From an uncultured delta proteobacterium (GTDB lineage: Bacteria; Desulfobacterota; Desulfobacteria; Desulfobacterales; SG8-13), in assembly GCA_963779885.1 (NCBI GenBank), contig CAWAAN010000017.1, forward strand, positions 18,649-82,648: 64,000 nt of DNA, in the 5' to 3' direction. Position numbers and translations under genes: made by a program. Under the pieces are notes generated by a model. That model saw nothing but the letters and a program-made list of their open reading frames with translations, did no database searches and had not been told where the DNA came from. This document shows, in pieces, positions 50,363-61,019 of the stretch (within the stretch, counting starts at the first letter, position 1; every line of letters starts with the position of its first letter).

Positions 50363-51235
50363 TCAGAAGAGCTGGTCCCCGGAAGCGGCAGCCGCCAGGA
50401 TCGTATTGTCAATCAACCGGGTCTTTCCCACCTTCACGGCCAGGGCCATCAACACCGGCCGGTCGATGTGCTCGACCTGGATCAGGGTCTCTGGATCGCA
50501 GATGGTCAAATAGTCGATATCGTTTTCGGGGTGGGCGGCAATCAGATCCCGTGCTTCTTTTAATATGCGCGCGGCATCCCGCTCACCGGCCTCGACCCGC
50601 TGGCCCGCCTGCCCGAGCGCGTGGCTGAGGGTCAGAGCCGCCGGCCGCTGGTCAGGCGTCAAGTAGGCATTGCGGGAACTCATCGCCAAACCGTCATTTT
50701 CCCTGACGATGGGAGCGCCGATGATCTCGATGTTGAAATTGAGATCTTTGACCAGGCGTCGGATGACCAGCAGCTGCTGGTAGTCTTTCTCACCGAAAAC
50801 GGCGGTGTGGGGGCGGATGATATTGAAAAGTTTTCCGACGACCGTGGCCACCCCGGTGAAAAAAACCGGGCGCGACAAACCGCAGAGGTGATGCGGCAGG
50901 TGCTTCAGGGTCACATAGCTCTGGTAGCCGTCGGGGTAGAGATCGGCCGTGGCGGGTGTAAAAACGATGTCAACTTTTTCCGCGGCGCACAGCTCGATGT
51001 CCCGTTTTGGATTGCGGGGATACGTTTCGAAATCCTCTCCGGGGCCGAACTGGGCCGGATTGACGAAAATGGTCACCACCAGGACAGCGGCCCTTCTGCG
51101 GGCGATTCGCATCAGCGACAAGTGCCCGTCGTGGAAAAATCCCATGGTCGGAACACAGGCGATCCGCCGACCGGCCTGTCGCAGCTCTTCGGCGCGCCGC
51201 TGCATTTCCTCAACCGTTGTAATGACCTCGACCAT
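50363..51235 (-). CDS. panC: Pantoate--beta-alanine ligase
   Basis: VPTMG..HDGH, FVNPAQF, FGEKDYQQ, GLAMSSRN, TRLIDN. Confidence 0.96.
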   Translation of the reverse strand: MVEVITTVEEMQRRAEELRQAGRRIACVPTMGFFHDGHLSLMRIARRRAAVLVVTIFVNPAQFGPGEDFETYPRNPKRDIELCAAEKVDIVFTPATADLYPDGYQSYVTLKHLPHHLCGLSRPVFFTGVATVVGKLFNIIRPHTAVFGEKDYQQLLVIRRLVKDLNFNIEIIGAPIVRENDGLAMSSRNAYLTPDQRPAALTLSHALGQAGQRVEAGERDAARILKEARDLIAAHPENDIDYLTICDPETLIQVEHIDRPVLMALAVKVGKTRLIDNTILAAAASGDQLF

Positions 51236-51522
51236 TGATCCTCTGGCGCTGCAATTTTAAACGTTAAAATTTAGTGTAACAAGCGTTTTCTGTCAACAAA
51301 AAGCTTTTGTTATTCCCTATTTACTTGACATATGGCCGCGAATCTGGTGAATCAGTAAGGCTCACGGCGGCTGCGGATCGCGGATCGGTTTCAACGCCAT
51401 CAACCGGCTAAGGCCGCCGGCCGCGAAGGTGACAGGCGGCACTTAATTTTTCAAATCCTGACACGCAAACAGAATCGCTGCCCACCAAGAGCGGTCGCCA
51501 GAAGTTGGAAAGGCGCGGACAC

Positions 51523-53088
51523 ATGAAATGGGTTATTCTGTCACTGGTCGCCAGCCTGATGGTTGTCCCGATGGCCGCGGCGGCCGCCTGGGCATCGGCG
51601 TCACAAACCGGGCCGGCCGCGGCGGCCGGTTCAATCGACACAATTCATCCCCAAGCAAAAAACACGGCCGCAGGCGATCTTCCCACCACCACCCCTGAAG
51701 TGCCGGCCGCGCATGCCCCCCCCGCGGTCGACGCCGGGCACGGCCACCGCAATCTCGGCGAGGTGCTGCCCCTCTGGAGCTGCATCCCCTTTGCCGGCAT
51801 GCTGCTCTCCATCGCCCTTTTCCCGCTCCTGGCCCCTGATTTCTGGCACCATCATTTCGGCAAGGTCTCCGCCTTCTGGGCCGCAGCGCTCTCCATTCCG
51901 TTCCTGCTGGCCTTCAAAGGCCTCGCGCTGTATGAGATCCTGCACATCATCATCGTGGATTACATCCCGTTCATCATTCTTCTCTGGTCGCTTTACACCG
52001 TTTCGGGCGGCATCCTGCTGCGCGGGAGCCTGCGCGGGACGCCACTCGTCAACGTCCTGATGCTGCTGATCGGCACGGCCCTGGCCTCCTGGATGGGCAC
52101 GACCGGTGCGGCCATGTTGATGATTCGCCCATTTTTACGGGCCAATGCCCATCGCAAGAACCGCACCTTCATGGTGGTCTTCTTCATCTTTCTGGTAGCC
52201 AACGCCGGCGGGTCGCTGACGCCCCTGGGCGATCCGCCGCTGTTTCTCGGCTTCCTGCACGGCGTTTCCTTTTTCTGGACCATGAAGATCCTGCCCCACA
52301 TGCTCACGGTGGCGGGCGTTCTGCTGACGGTCTACTTCTTTCTCGACCTGCGGGCTTTCCGCACGGAGGAGGCCGCGGCTCCCGATGACGGCGTCAAGGA
52401 GCCCCTCAAACTGGATGGCGTGCACAACTTCATCTTCCTGGCCGGCATCGTTGGATCGGTTTTGATGAGCGGAGTGGTGGAGTGGGGCCACTTCCAGATT
52501 TTCGGCATCCACCTGGCGTATCAGGATTTGGCGCGTGACGGCCTGCTGGTGGCCATGGGCATCCTTTCATTGGTGACCACCTCGATAAAGGTCCGCGAGG
52601 ACAATGATTTCACCTGGTTTCCGATTCTCGAGGTCGCCTATCTCTTCATCGGCATCTTTATCACGATGATCCCGTGCCTGCTGATCCTCAAGGCCGGCCT
52701 CAAGGGTGACCTGGCGTTTCTGATACGCAGCGTCAGCCGGCCGGCCCACTATTTCTGGGTGACCGGCACGTTGTCCAGCTTCCTGGACAATGCCCCCACG
52801 TACCTCACCTTTTTTAACACCGCCCTGGGCAGCTTCTTCGCGGGGGCTTCGGAAGCCCAGGCCGTTCCGCTGCTCATGACCGAAAAAGTATTGTACCTCG
52901 AGGCCATTTCGGCCGGAGCGGTATTCTTCGGAGCGGTCAGCTACATCGGCAACGCGCCCAACTTCATGGTACGCTCCATCGCGGAAGAAGCCGGCACGCC
53001 GATGCCGAGCTTTTTCGGGTACATTCTCCGGTATTCCCTGGTGTTTTTAATTCCCACCTTTTTACTCGTCACGTTTATTTTCTTTTAA
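51523..53088 (+). CDS. Putative sodium:proton antiporter (ion transporter superfamily)
   Basis: Multiple TM segments, GTTGAAM, ANAGGSLTPLGDPPLFLG, SSFLDNAPTY, YIGNAPN. Confidence 0.82.
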   Translation: MKWVILSLVASLMVVPMAAAAAWASASQTGPAAAAGSIDTIHPQAKNTAAGDLPTTTPEVPAAHAPPAVDAGHGHRNLGEVLPLWSCIPFAGMLLSIALFPLLAPDFWHHHFGKVSAFWAAALSIPFLLAFKGLALYEILHIIIVDYIPFIILLWSLYTVSGGILLRGSLRGTPLVNVLMLLIGTALASWMGTTGAAMLMIRPFLRANAHRKNRTFMVVFFIFLVANAGGSLTPLGDPPLFLGFLHGVSFFWTMKILPHMLTVAGVLLTVYFFLDLRAFRTEEAAAPDDGVKEPLKLDGVHNFIFLAGIVGSVLMSGVVEWGHFQIFGIHLAYQDLARDGLLVAMGILSLVTTSIKVREDNDFTWFPILEVAYLFIGIFITMIPCLLILKAGLKGDLAFLIRSVSRPAHYFWVTGTLSSFLDNAPTYLTFFNTALGSFFAGASEAQAVPLLMTEKVLYLEAISAGAVFFGAVSYIGNAPNFMVRSIAEEAGTPMPSFFGYILRYSLVFLIPTFLLVTFIFF

Positions 53089-53105
53089 CCACAGGGGCGG
53101 GCGCC

Positions 53106-56100
53106 ATGATCGAAAATCTGCTGGATTCCAACATCGCCATTATCGGCGGGGGCCGTTTCTGTAAAATTTTTCTCGAATACCTGTTCGATAAGAATTTCCT
53201 GGACCGCAGTCCCAATATTCTGGGTGTCGCCGACATCAATTCCCAGGCCGAGGGGCTCCTTTTAGCCGAAAGCCTGGGACTCTTCACGACCCGCGATTAC
53301 CACGAGCTTTACCGGTTGGAAGGCCTGCAGGTCCTGATCGAAATGACCGATGATGCGTCTCTCGGCGAAACGATCCATAAAACCAAACCCGTCGGTGTCG
53401 AAATCATCGATCACATCGAGGCCCGGGCCATCTGGAGTTCGCTGCAGCTCGAACGGGAAAAGCACCAGGCCTTGAAAGAGCTGAAACACCATCAGGCTGA
53501 CTGCCCGTCGATTCTGCCGGTTTTCGAACAATTCGCCGAGCGCCTGGCCAAGGTGATCAAGAAGCGCAATGAACGCTACCTGGAAATCGAAAAAGGGTTG
53601 ATCGAAGGCGAACGCACGCTGGCCCAGATCATTCAGGGCAGCACGATGCCCACCTTTGTCATCGACCGCGATCACACCGTCACCCACTGGAACAAGGCCA
53701 TGGAACGGCTGTCAGGAACCCCGGCCAAAGAAATCGTCGGCACCAACCGGCAGTGGGCCCCCTTCTGGGAAAAGGAACGTCCCACCATGGCGGATGTGAT
53801 CCTGGACCAGGCCGACGAGCAGGCCATCAAGAATCTCTACGGAACATCCTGGCGCCGGTCCGTGCTGATCGAGGATGCTTACGAAGCCGAATATTTTTTC
53901 CCCCGGCTCGGTCCGGACGGAAAGTGGTGCTGGTTCACCGCCGCCCCGATCAAGGCGCCCGACGGAACGATCATCGGAGCGATCGAGACTCTGTGGGACA
54001 AGACCGAAGACAAAAACGCCGAGCAGGATCGCGATCGTCACAACCGGCTGCTGACCGACACGGCCCGCGCCCTGGCCGAAAGCGAAAGAACGATGACGCA
54101 GATTATCCAGGGCAGCACGATCCCGACTTTCGTCATCGACGACAATCACTTCGTGACCCATTGGAACCGGGCCCTGGAAAGACTGACCGGTTTCAGCGCC
54201 GATGATATGGTCGGCACCCGCCGGCAGTGGAAACCCTTTTACCACAACGAGCGCTCGACCATGGCCGATGCCATCCTGGACCAGGTCGACGAGACCCAGA
54301 TCAAAAAGCTCTACGGGAACAAGTGGCGCCAATCGAGCCTGATCGAAGGGGCCTACGAGGCCGAGGTTTTCTTTCCGCATTTCGGACAGAGCGGCAAATG
54401 GATCTGGTTCACCGCATCGCCGATCAAGGGCCCCAACGGCAAGGTCGCCGGGGCCATCGAAACCCTATGGGATAAAACCGAAGACAAGAAGGCCGAGGAG
54501 GAAAGGGAGCAGCGCACGCGGGAGCTGAGCACGCTGTGCTCGATCTACACGTCCCTGAACACCGCCGAAAGATTCGACGAGGGCATCTACAAGGCGATTC
54601 AGATCGTCATGGATTTCCTGGGCGCCGACGGCATCTGCATCTACATGCTGGAAAACGACGGCAAGTTCCACCTGCGCTACGGATACGGATTTTCCGAGAA
54701 GGCCTGCTTCAAAATCCGCGTGCTCGACGACAGCAGCCTCATCCACCAGGTGGCCCAGAGCGACCGGTTTACGGTGTTCGAAAACCTGCCCGAGGGCTGT
54801 TCGGACGAGATCTGCTTCCTGGAGGAGAACAAGCTCGCCTCGCTGGCCTACATCCCCATTCGCGCGGAGGAGAGAAAATCCTTTGGCGTAATCCGGATCG
54901 GCAGTCACAAACCGGGCCACTTCACCTACGCCCAGCAGGACGTTCTGGAACTGATCGGAAACCGGATCGGCGTGGCCATCGAAAACGCGATGCTGCAGGA
55001 GCAGTACATCAAATCCGAAGAGAAATACCGCACCCTGTTCAACAGCGACCCCCACCCGATTTTTATCCTGGACGCCCGGACCCACCGGATCCGCGATGTC
55101 AACCAAAGGGCCCTGGACAGCTACGGCTACTCACGCGCAGAGATGCGCGGACGTCACTTCCTTGAACTCGGAGACAGCGATGAGGAGCTGGCCCAGGCGC
55201 TGCAGAATCTCGCGCTCGACAAGTCCCTGCTCTTCGCCAAGCGCAAGCACTACCGCAGGGGTCATCGCCCGTTTTATGTCAATGTCAATATCAGCCGCGC
55301 CCGCTATGGTGAGAGCGAGGTGGTCATCGCCTCCACGACCGATATCACCGAGAGCGTCGAAAAGGAAACCCAGCTGATCCAGGCCAGCAAAATGACCACC
55401 CTGGGGCAGATGGCGGCCGGTATCGCCCATGAAATCAACCAGCCGCTAAATGTCATTCAGGTGTGCGCCGATTTTTTCCTCAAGATGATCGATCGGGGCC
55501 AGCCCATCGGCGAGGGCGACCTGCACTCGATGGCGGCCGACATCGGTAAAAACGTCCAGCGCGCGGCGTCCATCATCCAGCATATGCGCGATTTTGCGCG
55601 GCAGTCGGGTGCGACCCGCAACAAGGTCGATATCAACGATCCGATCCGCGACGTGTTCAAGGTTCTCGGTCACCAACTGCGCGTTCATCAGGTCGAACTC
55701 GTCCTCGACCTCGATGCGCACATTCCACCCATCATGGCCGATCACAACCGGTTGGAACAGGTTTTCATCAACCTGGTGACCAACGCCGTTGATGCCTTGG
55801 ACGAAAAACAGGGCCGGCCGGAGCACGCCGATTCGCCGAAGCGGCTCACGATAAAGTCCTTTGCCGAAAACGGCCTGGTGTCGGTTACCGTGGCGGATAC
55901 CGGCATCGGCATGAGCCAGGAGGTCATGGCCAAATTGTTCGAACCCTTTTTCACGACCAAGGATGTCGGCAAGGGAACCGGCCTGGGCGTGAGCATCAGC
56001 TACGGCATTGTCAGGGACTACGACGGCGACATCGAGATCGACAGCAAAATTGGAGAGGGCACCACGTTCAAACTGACTTTTCCAGCAGCGAGACAGGCTG

Positions 56101-56111
56101 AAGAGAAATGA
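53106..56111 (+). CDS. Soluble sensor histidine kinase: Rossmann-like N-domain, 2 duplicated PAS, GAF, PAS, HisKA, HATPase
   Basis: IAIIGGG; two THWN...GAIETLWDKTEDK repeats; AHEINQPL; QVFINLVTNA; DTGIGM; FFTTK..GKGTGLG. Confidence 0.92.
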   Translation: MIENLLDSNIAIIGGGRFCKIFLEYLFDKNFLDRSPNILGVADINSQAEGLLLAESLGLFTTRDYHELYRLEGLQVLIEMTDDASLGETIHKTKPVGVEIIDHIEARAIWSSLQLEREKHQALKELKHHQADCPSILPVFEQFAERLAKVIKKRNERYLEIEKGLIEGERTLAQIIQGSTMPTFVIDRDHTVTHWNKAMERLSGTPAKEIVGTNRQWAPFWEKERPTMADVILDQADEQAIKNLYGTSWRRSVLIEDAYEAEYFFPRLGPDGKWCWFTAAPIKAPDGTIIGAIETLWDKTEDKNAEQDRDRHNRLLTDTARALAESERTMTQIIQGSTIPTFVIDDNHFVTHWNRALERLTGFSADDMVGTRRQWKPFYHNERSTMADAILDQVDETQIKKLYGNKWRQSSLIEGAYEAEVFFPHFGQSGKWIWFTASPIKGPNGKVAGAIETLWDKTEDKKAEEEREQRTRELSTLCSIYTSLNTAERFDEGIYKAIQIVMDFLGADGICIYMLENDGKFHLRYGYGFSEKACFKIRVLDDSSLIHQVAQSDRFTVFENLPEGCSDEICFLEENKLASLAYIPIRAEERKSFGVIRIGSHKPGHFTYAQQDVLELIGNRIGVAIENAMLQEQYIKSEEKYRTLFNSDPHPIFILDARTHRIRDVNQRALDSYGYSRAEMRGRHFLELGDSDEELAQALQNLALDKSLLFAKRKHYRRGHRPFYVNVNISRARYGESEVVIASTTDITESVEKETQLIQASKMTTLGQMAAGIAHEINQPLNVIQVCADFFLKMIDRGQPIGEGDLHSMAADIGKNVQRAASIIQHMRDFARQSGATRNKVDINDPIRDVFKVLGHQLRVHQVELVLDLDAHIPPIMADHNRLEQVFINLVTNAVDALDEKQGRPEHADSPKRLTIKSFAENGLVSVTVADTGIGMSQEVMAKLFEPFFTTKDVGKGTGLGVSISYGIVRDYDGDIEIDSKIGEGTTFKLTFPAARQAEEK

Positions 56112-57646
56112 ACCGGATACTGCTCGTCGATGACGAGCCCGATATACTGCGGGTGCTCGGCATTTCACTGAGGGCCGACGGCTACGACGTGCAGACTGCG
56201 TCGAGCGGCGAAGAAGCCCTGGCCATTTTCACCCGCGAAACGCCCGAACTCGTCCTGACGGATATCAAAATGCCGGGCATGAACGGGATCGAGGTCTTGC
56301 GGGAAGTCAAGAAACTCAGTGACGAAACCGAGGTCATCATCATCACCGGTCACGGCGACATCGATTCGGCCGTTGAAGCCCTGCACTACGGCGCATCGGA
56401 CTTCATCAACAAACCGGTAAGGGACAAGCAGCTCGCGATCGCCCTCAAGCGCGCCCGTGAAAAAATCCGCATCAAACGGCAGCTGCGTGAGTACACCACC
56501 ACCCTCGAACACAAGATCGAGGCGGCAACGCGCGAGATACGGCGGCGTTCGAACTTCCAGGCCAAGTTGATCCGCAGCTCCAATGACGGCATCGTAGCCA
56601 CCGACGAAAAATTGAAAATCGTCATTTACAATCCCGGCGCGGAGAAGATCTTCGGCTATCCCCATCAGCACGTTCTCGACCGGATGCAGATTCAGGAACT
56701 CTACACGCCGGAAATCGCCGATCTGTTCGTGAGCGGTGTGACGAAAGAAAATGCGGCGCGTGACTTTTCCTGGCAGGAAACCTCGATCCTGTCCGCCACC
56801 GGCGACACCATTCCCGTGCGGTTTTCGGGATCGATCCTGCATGAAAAGGACCGTGAGATGGGCAGTGTCGCCTTCTTCCAGGACCTGCGCGAGATCAAGC
56901 GCCTCGAACGCGAACTTCTTAAAGCCGAGCGGCTGGCGGCCGTCGGCCAGACCGTGGCGGGCCTGGCCCATGGTCTGAAAAACATTTTGCACGGGCTCAA
57001 GGGTGGCAGCTACCTGGTTGACTTGGGAATCAAAAAAGACGATACTGCGAAGCTCAAGAGCGGCTGGGACATGATCAAGCGCAACATCGGGCGCACATCG
57101 GAACTGGTGCTCGACCTATTGACTTACTCCAAGGAAAGGGAGCCCGAATTCCAGGACTGCTACCCGAACGACGTGGCCGGGGAGGTGGCCGATCTTCTGT
57201 CTGAAAAGGCGCGGGAAGGGCGGGTCGCCATCAAGCGCTTGTTCGATCCCTCGATCTCGCGCGTGTCGATGGATCCGCGCATCATTCACAGCGCGCTGCT
57301 CAACCTCATGACAAACGCCATCGATGCCTGCCTGTTCGATGAAGACACCCATAAAAAGTGGCAGGTCGCCATCGCCTCGCGTCTCGAAGGCGGCAACACG
57401 ATCGGGTTCGAGGTCTCGGACAACGGCGCCGGCATGAGCCAAGAGGTCCAGGATCGGCTGTTTACCTCTTTTTTCAGCACGAAGGGCCATCGCGGCACGG
57501 GCCTGGGCCTGATGGTGACCCGCAAGCTTGTCGAGGAGCACGGCGGCTGGATCGAGGTGGCATCCACGCTGGGCGAGGGCACGTCCTTTACCGTCCATCT
57601 GCCCTTCGAGGCCGCCGGGGAAACCCAGGCGAACGCCGGGCGTTAA
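56108..57646 (+). CDS. Hybrid REC-PAS-histidine kinase
   Basis: LLVDDE, TDIKMPG, DFINKP; AHGLKN; DNGAGM; GTGLGL; ATGA overlap with the upstream kinase. Confidence 0.92.
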   Translation: MNRILLVDDEPDILRVLGISLRADGYDVQTASSGEEALAIFTRETPELVLTDIKMPGMNGIEVLREVKKLSDETEVIIITGHGDIDSAVEALHYGASDFINKPVRDKQLAIALKRAREKIRIKRQLREYTTTLEHKIEAATREIRRRSNFQAKLIRSSNDGIVATDEKLKIVIYNPGAEKIFGYPHQHVLDRMQIQELYTPEIADLFVSGVTKENAARDFSWQETSILSATGDTIPVRFSGSILHEKDREMGSVAFFQDLREIKRLERELLKAERLAAVGQTVAGLAHGLKNILHGLKGGSYLVDLGIKKDDTAKLKSGWDMIKRNIGRTSELVLDLLTYSKEREPEFQDCYPNDVAGEVADLLSEKAREGRVAIKRLFDPSISRVSMDPRIIHSALLNLMTNAIDACLFDEDTHKKWQVAIASRLEGGNTIGFEVSDNGAGMSQEVQDRLFTSFFSTKGHRGTGLGLMVTRKLVEEHGGWIEVASTLGEGTSFTVHLPFEAAGETQANAGR

Positions 57647-57803
57647 GCCAGCCGCGTGCCGACGCCGTTTTACCGGGAGTGTCCATCCGCTTTTTCACAA
57701 TGGGCACCGATCGGTTGGCGGTGCGGCAATGGGTCATTTTTTCACGTTCGAAAAGGGCCGTTCAAGGACGGAAAATAAAATTTTATAGACAAGGAGGATC
57801 ACC

Positions 57804-58196
57804 ATGGGTAAAAAAGTTCTGGTCGTCGATGATGACCCGGATGTCCGCCTGTTTAACGTGACGGTGCTCGAAGAACACGGGTATGCGCCGCTGGTGGCCA
57901 CCAACGGCGAGGAGGGCAAGAATCTGGCCCGGCAGGAAAAACCGGACCTGGTCCTACTCGATGTGCTCATGCCCCGCGAAAGCGGCATCCGGCTGTACCG
58001 TGAGCTTAAAACGGACAAGAATCTGAAACACATCCCCATCATCATATTGTCCGGCATCGCCGAAAAATCCTTTCTGCGCTCTCAAAAGGTACTGGCTGAG
58101 TTCGGTGACGCCACGGTCCCCGAGCCCGAAGCCTACCTCGAAAAACCGGTGGAAGCCGAAGATCTGGCTGCGACCATCAAAAAAATTCTCGGTTGA
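57804..58196 (+). CDS. Single-domain response regulator
   Basis: VLVVDDD, LLDVLMP, YLEKP; AGGAGG RBS. Confidence 0.92.
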   Translation: MGKKVLVVDDDPDVRLFNVTVLEEHGYAPLVATNGEEGKNLARQEKPDLVLLDVLMPRESGIRLYRELKTDKNLKHIPIIILSGIAEKSFLRSQKVLAEFGDATVPEPEAYLEKPVEAEDLAATIKKILG

Positions 58197-58236
58197 TGCC
58201 GTGGGCGCGGATAAAACGAGCAACGACACCCATGCC

Positions 58237-59112
58237 ATGAAAATAAAAAAGCTGCTGTTTGTCACCAAATTCGAAGAGCTGGGCCTTGACGCGCTCCAAT
58301 CGCTGCTGAGTCTGCGCAAAGCCGATCTCGAGCATGTGGTTTTTGTCAACGTCATCGAAAGAGAGCGGGTGGCCATGCGCCGCGGCACCGGATACAACAA
58401 GGCGGCGGAGGTCCGGCTGCGCGAAACCGCCAATATCCGCTTTATCGACTGGGCCGAGAACCTGTTCGAGCAGGGCATGGAGGTCGGGGTCTACATCGTG
58501 GTCGGCAGCCTGGTGGGCGAGGTCATCAAGGCCGCCCAGAAGGAGGAGGCCGACCTGATCGTCATCGGGCGGTCCCAAAAAGGAGTGATTGAACAGTTGT
58601 ATGCCGGCTCGGACGTCACCGAACTTCTGCACCGGACGGCCCGGCCCGTGCTGGTCTACAAGTATCTGTCGGAAACCTCCTTCGCCCTGGAAATGCCTTT
58701 CGAGCGGCCCGTGCTGGCAACCGACTGGTCCCCCGCCAGCCTGAAGGCCGTCGAGGTCCTGAGGGAACTCAAAGAAGTCATCAGGGAAATTCATGTCGTG
58801 CATGTCGCCGATCCCAAAGATCTCAGCGGTACGGCGATGGCGATTCAGAAGACGCGCAAGAAAATGCGCGCCCGGCTCGATGAGATCTGCGAAACATTCG
58901 AAGCCAAGGGCATATCCGCGCGTTCGCACGTCTATGTCGGCAACCCGGAACAGGAGATCGAGAAGGCGGCGCGGGAATGCCAGGCGAGCCTGATCGTCAT
59001 GGGATCGTCCGGAAAAGCCAGTTTGGTGGAACGATGGCTCGGCAGCATACCGCGCAACATCGCCGAAAAGTCGGCCTTTCCGACGCTGCTCATTCCGCCG
59101 GAAAAATTATAA
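58237..59112 (+). CDS. Tandem-domain universal stress protein
   Basis: Two USP domains: DLIVIG..GSDV, ATDWS, LIVMG..LGS. Confidence 0.9.
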   Translation: MKIKKLLFVTKFEELGLDALQSLLSLRKADLEHVVFVNVIERERVAMRRGTGYNKAAEVRLRETANIRFIDWAENLFEQGMEVGVYIVVGSLVGEVIKAAQKEEADLIVIGRSQKGVIEQLYAGSDVTELLHRTARPVLVYKYLSETSFALEMPFERPVLATDWSPASLKAVEVLRELKEVIREIHVVHVADPKDLSGTAMAIQKTRKKMRARLDEICETFEAKGISARSHVYVGNPEQEIEKAARECQASLIVMGSSGKASLVERWLGSIPRNIAEKSAFPTLLIPPEKL

Positions 59113-59129
59113 CACCACAGGAGGAATTA

Positions 59130-59885
59130 ATGGCGGTTATTACCATTTCGAGGCAATTCGGCGCGGGCGGCAAGACCGTCGGAAAAATGATCGCCGACAA
59201 ATTGGGCTACACGTTCGCCGATGACGACATCATTCAGATGGTGGCCGAAGCAGCCAACGTGTCGCCGCACTGGGTGGAGTCGATTGAAAAGGAGGCCGGC
59301 GGCAAGCTGTCGCGGGTCGTTTCCAGCATGGTTTCCAAACGCCTGGTGGACCGCATTCTCAAAGAAGAGCGCGGGTATCTGGACGAAAGGCTCTATCTGG
59401 ACTACCTGGTGGTCATCATCGCCCAGATCGCGGAGGAAGGCAACGTCGTCATTTTGGGCCGCGGCAGCCAGTACATTTTAAACGACCACCCCGACGCCTA
59501 CCACATTCTCTTGCTCAACAGCTTCGAAAACCGCACCCGGTTCATGATGGAACACTACGATTTTTCCGAAAGCCGCGCCGCCCAAATCGTCACCCGTGAA
59601 GACAAGCGCCGGCTCAATCTCTATCGAAAAATCGGCAAGACCGATTATGACGATCCGGCCCTCTACAACCTGGTGTTGAACATGGCCAGGGTCCCCGTAC
59701 CGACTGCGGTCAAGCTCATTGTGGACCTGGTGACGAACGTCGTAAGAAAACCGTCACCGGAGGGCGGAAAATGCGCCATGGCGCCGACTGGCGCACCCCT
59801 GGTCGGCGCGATGTTGTTTATGAGGGTTGAACCAGTTTGCAGACCAGCTTTTCGGCCGCATCCAGACCGACGCGGCTCATGTTGA
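59130..59885 (+). CDS. Cytidylate kinase-like family protein (true 3' end probably near 59745)
   Basis: MAVITISRQFGAGG, GNVVILGRGSQYIL, EDKRR, YNLVLN; GGAGG RBS; C-terminal tail looks like read-through. Confidence 0.85.
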   Translation: MAVITISRQFGAGGKTVGKMIADKLGYTFADDDIIQMVAEAANVSPHWVESIEKEAGGKLSRVVSSMVSKRLVDRILKEERGYLDERLYLDYLVVIIAQIAEEGNVVILGRGSQYILNDHPDAYHILLLNSFENRTRFMMEHYDFSESRAAQIVTREDKRRLNLYRKIGKTDYDDPALYNLVLNMARVPVPTAVKLIVDLVTNVVRKPSPEGGKCAMAPTGAPLVGAMLFMRVEPVCRPAFRPHPDRRGSC

Positions 59886-60433
59886 GAACCAGGTGATAAT
59901 GGACCCAGTTGTCGTAATCCTCTTTTCCGAATTTGCGATATAAGCTGGTCCTTCTTTTATCTTCGCTGTTGATCGTCTGAACGGCATGTTTGGTAAACAG
60001 CTCGTATTTTTCTTCGATGAACTTGATGCGGTATTCCCTGTCCGCCACCAGCAGGATATGAAAGGCATCCGGCGCCTCTTTGAGGATAAACTGGCTGCCG
60101 CGCCCGAGAATGACGGCATTGCCCTCCTCGGCTATTTTCGTGATGATCTTGTGCAGCAGATCGACATATATTTCTTCATCGATGTAGCCGTGCCGATCGT
60201 CTAAGAGGCGATCGAAAAAACTTTTTGATACCAGGCCCGAAATCAGCCGCTCGATTTTTCCCCCGGCTTCCTTTTCCATCGACTCAACCCACTGGGCGGA
60301 AACATTGGCCTTTTTGGCGACCATCCGGATGATTTCATCATCGTAGAAAGTCATACCCCAGTCTCTTGGCAACTCTTTTCCCCAAGGTAATGCCGCCTGC
60401 CCCGAATTGCCTGGAGATCGTCAGCACGGCCAT
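59818..60433 (-). pseudogene. Second cytidylate kinase-like family gene with a +1 frameshift near 60352
   Basis: Manual translation MAVLTISRQFGAGGITLGKRVAKRLGY then a shift to TFYDDEIIRMVAKK; span is 616 bp (3n+1). Confidence 0.85.
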
Positions 60434-60753
60434 GGTGACCTCCCTCCGAACCGTTGTGTGATTGATCCAATTTCCGCAGAAACTGCCTGAAGAACCATCC
60501 TAACCGTATTGCTTATTAAATATCAATAATTTTCACTGCCGGAAAGAAGTCCTGCACTAATACACGACAGGCGAAGTAATAAATTTTCAGCACGTTCATG
60601 GGTTGAACAGATGGCAGAAAATGAACTGAATTCTTTATTTAATAAGCACTTTAGACACAAATAACGGTTGCTTTTTTTTTCTTTTGTGGTATCAGCTGAT
60701 GACTCTCAATGCAAGTGATCGGCAATACCCCGCTCCGCAAGAGGAGCATATCA

Positions 60754-61019
60754 ATGGGACTCAATTATAAGAAAAATCGCTCATGGGCCGAAAATCTGAC
60801 CATTGTAATGCAATTGGGTTGACAATGGCGGGTTGCATCGCGTTTTGTTTTTTTATCGGCCTTAAGCTCGACAGTGGTTGGGTACCAAGGGTGTCTTCAT
60901 CACCATATTCATTATATTAGGCGTTATCGGCGGTGCTAACGTCGTCTACCGCCAGGTCATGGAGATCATCCGTGACAAGGAGATCGAGACAAACAGGGCG
61001 GCAAAATGGAATCGATTAG
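60754..61019 (+). CDS. AtpZ/AtpI-family F-ATPase accessory protein (frameshifted as read; end approximate)
   Basis: MGLNYKKNRSWAENLTIVMQLG / TMAGCIAFCFFIGLKLD / WLGTKGVFITIFIILGVIGG pieced across frames. Confidence 0.7.
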
